Assembly: GCA_945903265.1 (NCBI GenBank)
Contig: CAMDNQ010000016.1
Location: 6,075-70,074, forward strand
DNA from: Candidatus Sulfopaludibacter sp. SbA3
GTDB lineage: Bacteria > Acidobacteriota > Vicinamibacteria > Vicinamibacterales > UBA2999
Length of the DNA stretch: 64,000 nt
Direction of reading: 5' to 3'
A program made the position numbers and the translations under genes. A model generated the notes under the pieces. That model saw only the letters and a program-made list of their open reading frames with translations, was not told where the DNA came from and ran no database searches. Below, one piece after another: positions 58,689-64,000 of this stretch (position 1 is its first letter; each line of letters opens with the position of its first letter).

Positions 58689-59468
58689 CTAACTCACGGG
58701 ACGCTGCGCGAGGATCATCCATACCTCGGCACGCTTGTCCCAGGGACCGCCTTGATAATCGCCCAGAAGTGCCCTCACTTCGAACCCGGCCTTCTCCAGC
58801 CGCCGGACCATCTGCGGGACGGTGAGCGTCCTGAACGTCAACGCAAACCTGCAGGTGCGCCGCTTGCGGCCCCGGCGCTCGGTGAACTCCTGGTCAAAGA
58901 TCGTCAGGCGGCGCGCACGGTCCTGCCGGACGGTCTCGACGAGTGTGACATGCGCGCCTCCCTTCCGCCCCTTCCATCCCTTCAGGCTGATTCGCTTCCG
59001 GTATTCCTCCCATGAGGGAAGGTCCGCGACCAGTTCCAGGCCGAAGGTGCCGCCGGGGCGAAGCGCACCATGGACGGCCGTCAGTGTCGCGGCGAGGTCG
59101 CGTTCTCGAATCAGCGACTGAAGAATCCCGTACGGCGCAATCACGGCTCCGAACGTCCCGGCAGGAAAGGGGAGATGGCGGATATCGCCGCGAATGAGGG
59201 TGAGCCGCCGGGCCAGTTTGTTCCGCGCGAGGCGCCGGCGTGCCCGCGTCAGCATCTCCTCGGATCGGTCGATCCCGATGATGCCCTTCCGCGCCTTCCC
59301 GAGCGGAACGGCGATCCGTCCCGTGCCACACCCGAGCTCGAGCATGGGCCCGGCTGTCTCGAGCGCGAGCTTCGTCCAGAACGGCACGTCCCTGCGGCCG
59401 AGCGTTCGCGCGTTCTCCCAGTCGTAGAACGGCGCGTACTCGTCCCATCCCTCGTAGCCTTCCGCCAT
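58689..59468 (-). CDS. class I SAM-dependent methyltransferase
   Basis: Motif I LELGCGTGR, about 259 aa. Confidence 0.8.
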   Translation of the reverse strand: MAEGYEGWDEYAPFYDWENARTLGRRDVPFWTKLALETAGPMLELGCGTGRIAVPLGKARKGIIGIDRSEEMLTRARRRLARNKLARRLTLIRGDIRHLPFPAGTFGAVIAPYGILQSLIRERDLAATLTAVHGALRPGGTFGLELVADLPSWEEYRKRISLKGWKGRKGGAHVTLVETVRQDRARRLTIFDQEFTERRGRKRRTCRFALTFRTLTVPQMVRRLEKAGFEVRALLGDYQGGPWDKRAEVWMILAQRPVS

Positions 59469-60310
59469 TACGCGGCCTTCTGTCCGACCGTGGCGAAGAG
59501 CATCGTGTTCTGAATTTCAACGAACGCTGACCCGGCGGCGTCCGCCTCGCGCGCGTAGGCGTCCAGGGCATCGAGATAGGTGCGGCCGATTGCGCGGACC
59601 GCAGGCGTTGGGGCGGTTTCGATCGATTGTTCGACGTCAGCCTTGCGACCAGTCCAGAACGACTCCGGCGGCGTGCCGAGGATTGTCGTGGACACGGGGA
59701 ACAGCCTGACCGACAGCGGCTCGATGCCGTGCGCGTCGAACAACGTGGGCAACCGAGGGCCCACGGTCGCATCCGCTGCATCGCCTCGAGCTGACGTGAG
59801 CTCGCGGAAAAACTGCGTCGAAGCGTCGGCCGCGCGCCGACCTGCCGCCGTCGACGAGTACATGTAGCGTCCGCTGTTATCCGGTTCGACGGCCACGACA
59901 CGGCCGCCGGCGGCCGTGACGCGCGCGAACTCGCCGATGGCCTGCGCGACGTCCCCGATGTGCTGCAGGACGGCCACACAAAAGGTGGAGTCAAAGACCG
60001 CGTCGCGAAACGGAAGCGCACACGCGTCGGCCGTGGCAAAGCCAACCTTCTGGTTGTGCGCCGCGGTCTCATGGCGACCAACCATGACGCGCTCGATCAT
60101 CAGGTCGACGCCGACGAGACGAATCTGTGAGAGATGCAGGCGGCCTATGTGAATCTCGGCCAATCCTTCCCCGCATCCGACGTCGAGGATGCGATTGCCC
60201 GCGCGAGGCCGCAGCGTCTCGACCAGAAATTCGGTGAACTCGTCGTTCCACCAGCGCTCGCGCAGATGTTTGAGCGTCGGTGACGTGAACGCGTCGATGG
60301 CGATCGGCAT
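59468..60310 (-). CDS. class I SAM-dependent methyltransferase
   Basis: Motif I ILDVGCGEG, about 280 aa. Its stop overlaps the start of the next methyltransferase by 1 nt. Confidence 0.8.
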   Translation of the reverse strand: MPIAIDAFTSPTLKHLRERWWNDEFTEFLVETLRPRAGNRILDVGCGEGLAEIHIGRLHLSQIRLVGVDLMIERVMVGRHETAAHNQKVGFATADACALPFRDAVFDSTFCVAVLQHIGDVAQAIGEFARVTAAGGRVVAVEPDNSGRYMYSSTAAGRRAADASTQFFRELTSARGDAADATVGPRLPTLFDAHGIEPLSVRLFPVSTTILGTPPESFWTGRKADVEQSIETAPTPAVRAIGRTYLDALDAYAREADAAGSAFVEIQNTMLFATVGQKAA

Positions 60311-60313
60311 AAG

Positions 60314-61045
60314 CTAATCGCTGACCGCCAATTCTCCAGGAACGATCGGCCGCGTCCGGGGTAAGACGCCCCGGCGGGAGAGATGGGCGACGAACGCAAG
60401 AACACCCACGAACACCGCAAGCTTGATGGCGTCACTCGCGCGGCCCATCGGCAGCACCTTCCAGAGGAGCCACAGCACGGGCTGCGCGATCGTCACCGCC
60501 CAGACTGACCCATAGAAGTAGCGCCGCTCGTGCCCCTCTCCCTTGGTCGAGTGCTTCACTCGCGGCAGACGCCCGAACGCTCCCATGAGCCAGACTGTTC
60601 CGGCGATCGGAAAGTAGGCTGCCTCGTACATCTGCTTCAACCGCCACTCACCCGTCACGACCGCAAACGTCAGACCCGCGACGTTCAGCACGGCAAAGGC
60701 GACGACTTCACCCCAGGCGGTCGTGTAGCAGACGCGGCGGTACAGGGGATTGGGACGGTCCTCGGTAAACCGGATGATGTACGGCCGCGGCTCGCACCCG
60801 GGCAGACGGCCGCGAAGACCGGCAATCCCGGTGGCGGCCAGCACGATGCCAAGCCATCCGAGCAGCCGTGCATCGAATCCGCGCTCGAATAAGTCGAAGG
60901 TCAGCGGCCCGGGCGCGATGAAGAAGACGAAAATCCAGATCGGCCAGTGGTTGAACCGGTAATAGAGCTTGTTGCGATACCGGATTTGTCGATCGGTGTC
61001 GAACTCGATGTAGCGCGCATCTGTGCGCACGGACGCGTCAGGCAT
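60314..61045 (-). CDS. hypothetical polytopic membrane protein
   Basis: Five to six hydrophobic segments. I recognise no family. Lies 3 nt upstream of the methyltransferase pair. Confidence 0.5.
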   Translation of the reverse strand: MPDASVRTDARYIEFDTDRQIRYRNKLYYRFNHWPIWIFVFFIAPGPLTFDLFERGFDARLLGWLGIVLAATGIAGLRGRLPGCEPRPYIIRFTEDRPNPLYRRVCYTTAWGEVVAFAVLNVAGLTFAVVTGEWRLKQMYEAAYFPIAGTVWLMGAFGRLPRVKHSTKGEGHERRYFYGSVWAVTIAQPVLWLLWKVLPMGRASDAIKLAVFVGVLAFVAHLSRRGVLPRTRPIVPGELAVSD

Positions 61046-61112
61046 TGGGACCGCCTGCTATTTTAGTGGCATCCGTACGGCGGTGCGCGCCGCGTACGAT
61101 CGTGAGGTCGGT

Positions 61113-62015
61113 CTACGGGCCGCGGCGCTTCTTTTCGAGCTCCTCCAGTGTCCGCGGCCAATCGTCGTGCAGCAGACGCGAGAGCGATCGGTCCGCGAGC
61201 AGCTTTCCACCTGTCTGGCACTGCGCGCAGTAGTTCGCTTCATTCGACGCATACACAATCCGCTGCACCGGCGCGCCGCAATCCGGGCACGGCTGCCCGT
61301 ACCGCCCATGGACGGCCATCCCCTCGCGAAACGCGGTGACTTTCTCGGGAAACTCCCCGCCGGTTTCGGTTTGAAGCCGGGCGATCCATCCCGTCAACGT
61401 CAGGCGAGTGGCGTCGTACAGCCGGCGGACTTCCTCGTCGGTCATCGATTCCGTCTGCTTGAAAGGAGATAAGCGCGCGGCGTGCAGGATCTCGTCCGAG
61501 TAGGCATTGCCGATGCCGCTGAAGAGATGGGGGTCGGTCAGTGCGCGCTTCACGGTGTGGTTGTCGCGCTGAAGGACAGCCTGAAAACTCGCGAGATCGG
61601 CGTCGAGCACCTCCACGCCTCCGCGATCATGCTGGGCGAGCGCTCTCTCCCCGCGCACCAGATGCAGCGATGCCTGCCGCTTGCTTCCGGCTTCGGTGAG
61701 GATCAGCGCAGCACAATCGAAGTCCAGCGCAAAGAGGCCCACCCTGCCAGGGATCGGCGCACCGGTCGGCTTCCATCGGAAGCGTCCCGCGATCATGAGA
61801 TGAAACACGAGGAAGAGGTCGTCGTCGACAGCAAACACGATGCGTTTGCCCAGGCGCCTGAGGCCGGTCACGGTACGTCCCGCGATCGCCGCCAGCGGGG
61901 GGTCGACGGAACGAAGGAGGAATGGACTCGTCAGCCGGGTGCCGATGATCCGATGCCCGACGACGCGCGGCGTGAGCGCATGCAGGTAGAGAGTGATATC
62001 GGGGAGTTCGGGCAT
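61113..62015 (-). CDS. Fpg/Nei family DNA glycosylase
   Basis: N-terminal MPELPD (catalytic Pro2/Glu3), H2TH region and a C-terminal zinc finger CPDCG...CAQCQ. Confidence 0.85.
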   Translation of the reverse strand: MPELPDITLYLHALTPRVVGHRIIGTRLTSPFLLRSVDPPLAAIAGRTVTGLRRLGKRIVFAVDDDLFLVFHLMIAGRFRWKPTGAPIPGRVGLFALDFDCAALILTEAGSKRQASLHLVRGERALAQHDRGGVEVLDADLASFQAVLQRDNHTVKRALTDPHLFSGIGNAYSDEILHAARLSPFKQTESMTDEEVRRLYDATRLTLTGWIARLQTETGGEFPEKVTAFREGMAVHGRYGQPCPDCGAPVQRIVYASNEANYCAQCQTGGKLLADRSLSRLLHDDWPRTLEELEKKRRGP

Positions 62016-62062
62016 CGGAGTAGCATCGAATTCTGGCGGATTACAGCTGGCTGCGCTGGCGT

Positions 62063-62100
62063 ACAAAGAAAAAGCCCGTCGTGATTTCTCACAACGGGCT
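62063..62100 (-). terminator. rho-independent terminator reading leftward out of the AT-rich element
   Basis: Minus-sense AGCCCGT-tgtgagaaatcacg-ACGGGCT followed by TTTTTCTTTGT. Sits exactly at the composition break. Confidence 0.6.
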
Positions 62101-62134
62101 ACAAGAATAATCCAGGCAGCGACCTACACACGCA

Positions 62135-62492
62135 ATATCAAGTAAATACTGAATGAAAACTGGCACTATGTCATATGTTGTCCAGTTTTTGTCCGGTTAT
62201 GTCTCTAAACTGGCATAACTCGGTCACTTATACCGTTTGTCTACTCTGCGCGTGCGTTGGAACCCTCACAACCACTCCACGACGACATCTGTCACGCCCC
62301 TAATAGTGCGAGATAGTCGCTGAACTATGCCCTACACAGACGCCTGCCTGACCGCCTAAACACTGTCCAAAATACCTCTTTTAGGGGGGTATGTGAATAT
62401 CTCGATGAAACAGTATAAATATAACGATATCAAGTAGTTACAGGTATTATATGGGGCATTTGCGCTCTCGCAGCACACTTTTCACTTGATAT
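62135..62492. repeat. three copies of the 9-mer ATATCAAGT (two direct, one inverted)
   Basis: Copies at 62135-62143 and 62427-62435 (direct) and 62484-62492 (inverted, overlapping the -35 box). Confidence 0.7.
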
Positions 62493-62514
62493 CACTACCC
62501 ATTATTAGTATAAT
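62486..62514 (+). promoter_or_regulatory. near-consensus sigma70-type promoter upstream of the integrase
   Basis: TTGATA (62486-62491), a 17-nt spacer, then TATAAT (62509-62514). A second TATAAT lies at 62520-62525. Confidence 0.55.
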
Positions 62515-62600
62515 ATGTGTATAATGATGGTTCAAAAACGCGAGAACGCAAATACGCGAAATAAAAGCGAATCTCTTGCGGGTTTGGACGGGAGCACCCG

Positions 62601-63248
62601 ATGACTGGACTCGCCAAACAAGCGAAAACCCTGACCGACACGCAGGTGCGCGCACTTGTCCGTTATGCGGAAACCGAAACCCGGTTCCCCGAGCGGAACC
62701 GCGTCGTCGTCCTCCTCAGTTTTAAAGCGGGACTCCGCGTCAAGGAGATCGCTGGGTTGACGTGGGGGATGGTGACGGACGCAGAGGGAACCCTGACCGA
62801 CGCGATCCGACTGACGAATGTCGCGTCCAAGGGGAAACGCGGAGGACGCGAGATCTACCTGAACCCCGAACTGCGTGACGCACTCGTCGTCCTGCTGGAA
62901 CACGAGCAGAAATGGAGCAGGACGACCCCGACGCGGGGAACCGCTGACGGATATGTCGTCACCCTCGCCAAAGGGAATACCGACCTCCTCTCCCGTGCGC
63001 GTTCCGTCCAGTTCCTGTTCAACGGGAAAGGGAAACAACTCGGGTGGTATGAGCAGTTGGGATACGCGGGTGCGACGAGCCACAGCGGACGACGAACGTT
63101 CCTCACCAAAGCGTCACGGATGATCCACTCGCTTGGGGGAAACCTCAAGGATGTTCAGCGACTTGCTGGACACGCAAGCTTGACGACGACGCAACGCTAT
63201 TTTGACGAGAACGAGCACGCAAAAGCGGAGTTGATGAAAAGGATTTAG
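62601..63248 (+). CDS. tyrosine-type site-specific recombinase/integrase (short, catalytic-domain-only form)
   Basis: Catalytic signature R (AGLRVKEI), H-x-x-R (HSGRRTF), H (LAGHASL) and Y (TTQRY). 215 aa. Confidence 0.85.
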   Translation: MTGLAKQAKTLTDTQVRALVRYAETETRFPERNRVVVLLSFKAGLRVKEIAGLTWGMVTDAEGTLTDAIRLTNVASKGKRGGREIYLNPELRDALVVLLEHEQKWSRTTPTRGTADGYVVTLAKGNTDLLSRARSVQFLFNGKGKQLGWYEQLGYAGATSHSGRRTFLTKASRMIHSLGGNLKDVQRLAGHASLTTTQRYFDENEHAKAELMKRI

Positions 63249-63275
63249 CGACAGTAAGCAACACCCTGAACACCG

Positions 63276-63478
63276 AGGGACGACGGATACACCCGTCCCT
63301 GTGCTGCCGAACACCAGCAGCACGAACGAGCACTGGAAACACTCCCCGCTGTAGTCCCTGTCGCTGAACGCGAGCGACACACTCTCCGCAGTTCCCCCAG
63401 TCGGTATTCCACCGTTCCCGCAGGAATGCGTAAGACCTGCGGACACTAAATAGTCGTCAGACACCGAACCTGTCGGTG
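63276..63478 (+). other. five consecutive 6-7-bp stem-loops in the integrase-downstream spacer
   Basis: Stems at 63276-82/63294-300, 63301-06/63318-23, 63360-65/63373-78, 63419-24/63436-41 and 63462-67/63473-78. Three of the loops are 11 nt. Confidence 0.5.
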
Positions 63479-63564
63479 CCTCTCGTGCCTGTCCTCAGCG
63501 GACGCCACGCGAGGTATGAGCGTAGTTCCTCAGCATTTCCGTTGATGCCCTATGCCTTTGGTGT

Positions 63565-64000
63565 ATGCGAATGAGCACAGAGAAACCAATGTCCCTCAGA
63601 GAACACGTGATGACACCTGATCCCCAGAGAACACAGAGAACACCAGAAGCCGACTGGATCAGAGAACTCTTTGACCACGACGAGCAGCACGGAGCGTCCT
63701 GGTATTGGGTGACCTTGATGCCCAAGACGACTGCCTATCCAACACTTTCAACCAAAGAACGCGATCGCTCAACCGCGACAGTGACTGATGCCGATCTGAT
63801 CCAGAACACCGCCAGACAGACAGTCCGCCTCGTCAAAACCGCGATCCACAACACCCTGACGGAGGTAGACCCGCGCCACTCTCGCAGCAACCCCGAACGC
63901 ACGGGAGCCAACGCGAGGATCGCTGTCCTGGTGGTGCCCGCCCTCGCCAAGCGAACGACGACGAGTTCAAAACGCGATGCCCGAGTGCTCCACTTTCACG
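63565..64000 (+). CDS. open-ended ORF of unknown function (at least 145 codons, no stop in the window)
   Basis: Hand translation: MRMSTEKPMSLREHVMTPDPQRTQRTPEADWIRELFDHDEQHGASWYWVTLMPKTT...ARIAVLVVPALAKRTTTSSKRDARVLHFH. Absent from the ORF track because it lacks a stop. Confidence 0.45.
   Translation, partial: MRMSTEKPMSLREHVMTPDPQRTQRTPEADWIRELFDHDEQHGASWYWVTLMPKTTAYPTLSTKERDRSTATVTDADLIQNTARQTVRLVKTAIHNTLTEVDPRHSRSNPERTGANARIAVLVVPALAKRTTTSSKRDARVLHFH

Larger units (their letters stand above)
62101..64000. mobile_element. left end of an integrated or foreign element (integrase-bearing, AT-richer), truncated by the window
   Basis: Sharp drop in GC and a change of codon style after about 62100. 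Contains a tyrosine recombinase, repeat motifs and an enteric-style consensus promoter. Confidence 0.6.

Noticed and set aside
62524-62604. 26-codon ORF (MMVQKRENANTRNKSESLAGLDGSTR) whose TGA overlaps the integrase ATG, and a 21-codon ORF at 62153-62218
   Set aside because: Both are too short to support from sequence alone. The ATGA overlap with the integrase is suggestive of a leader peptide but could be coincidental in AT-rich DNA.
62532-63083. 183-aa ORF on the minus strand inside the foreign element
   Set aside because: It is antisense to the integrase, whose R/H-x-x-R/H/Y catalytic signature is intact. The antisense translation has no features.

Overview
Positions 1-62060 are a high-GC bacterial chromosome segment, densely packed with housekeeping genes, mostly on the minus strand and often joined by ATGA, TGATG or GTGA start/stop overlaps. 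The gene content and style suggest Acidobacteriota, but that is only an inference.

Recognisable blocks, in order:
- uppS-cdsA-dxr-rseP, followed by a probable bamA 5' end
- truA and pyrE
- a TolC-family gene and a GT2 glycosyltransferase
- a pyrimidine supercluster: pyrR-pyrB-pyrC, an OPRT paralog and a GNAT, divergent from pyrD-pyrF
- pal and a GT-C-like membrane protein
- larE, a response regulator-PilZ fusion and a Zn/Cd-type P1B ATPase
- a GldA/F/G-like ABC cluster with DUF4340 and PBP4
- a DUF5916 outer-membrane protein behind an orphan histidine kinase
- queC-queE, then DUF72
- a compact bacterial microcompartment (BMC) operon
- pdxJ, and glmM-cdaR-cdaA-folP-ftsH-tilS with a tRNA(CAU)
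- queA, and a stand-alone LigD polymerase domain
- fabH, ruvCAB and yebC, two methyltransferases, and an Fpg/Nei glycosylase

The most interesting items:
1. A tightly coupled BMC operon at 35.9-39.3 kb. It has an aldolase with an encapsulation-peptide-like tail, one BMC-H, three BMC-P, a tiny Cys-rich protein with an EP-like N-terminus and a 2-hydroxyacid dehydrogenase. No canonical aldehyde-dehydrogenase/PTAC core is in view.
2. An abrupt switch at about 62.1 kb to AT-richer foreign DNA. It carries a consensus sigma70-type promoter, 9-mer operator-like repeats, a 215-aa tyrosine recombinase, five serial hairpins, GAACAC iteron-like repeats and an ORF that runs off the window.
3. A family of inverted arrays of short words. 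Each locus uses a different word, and two of them appear to encode the signal peptides of exported proteins.

No CRISPR array or rRNA gene was seen.
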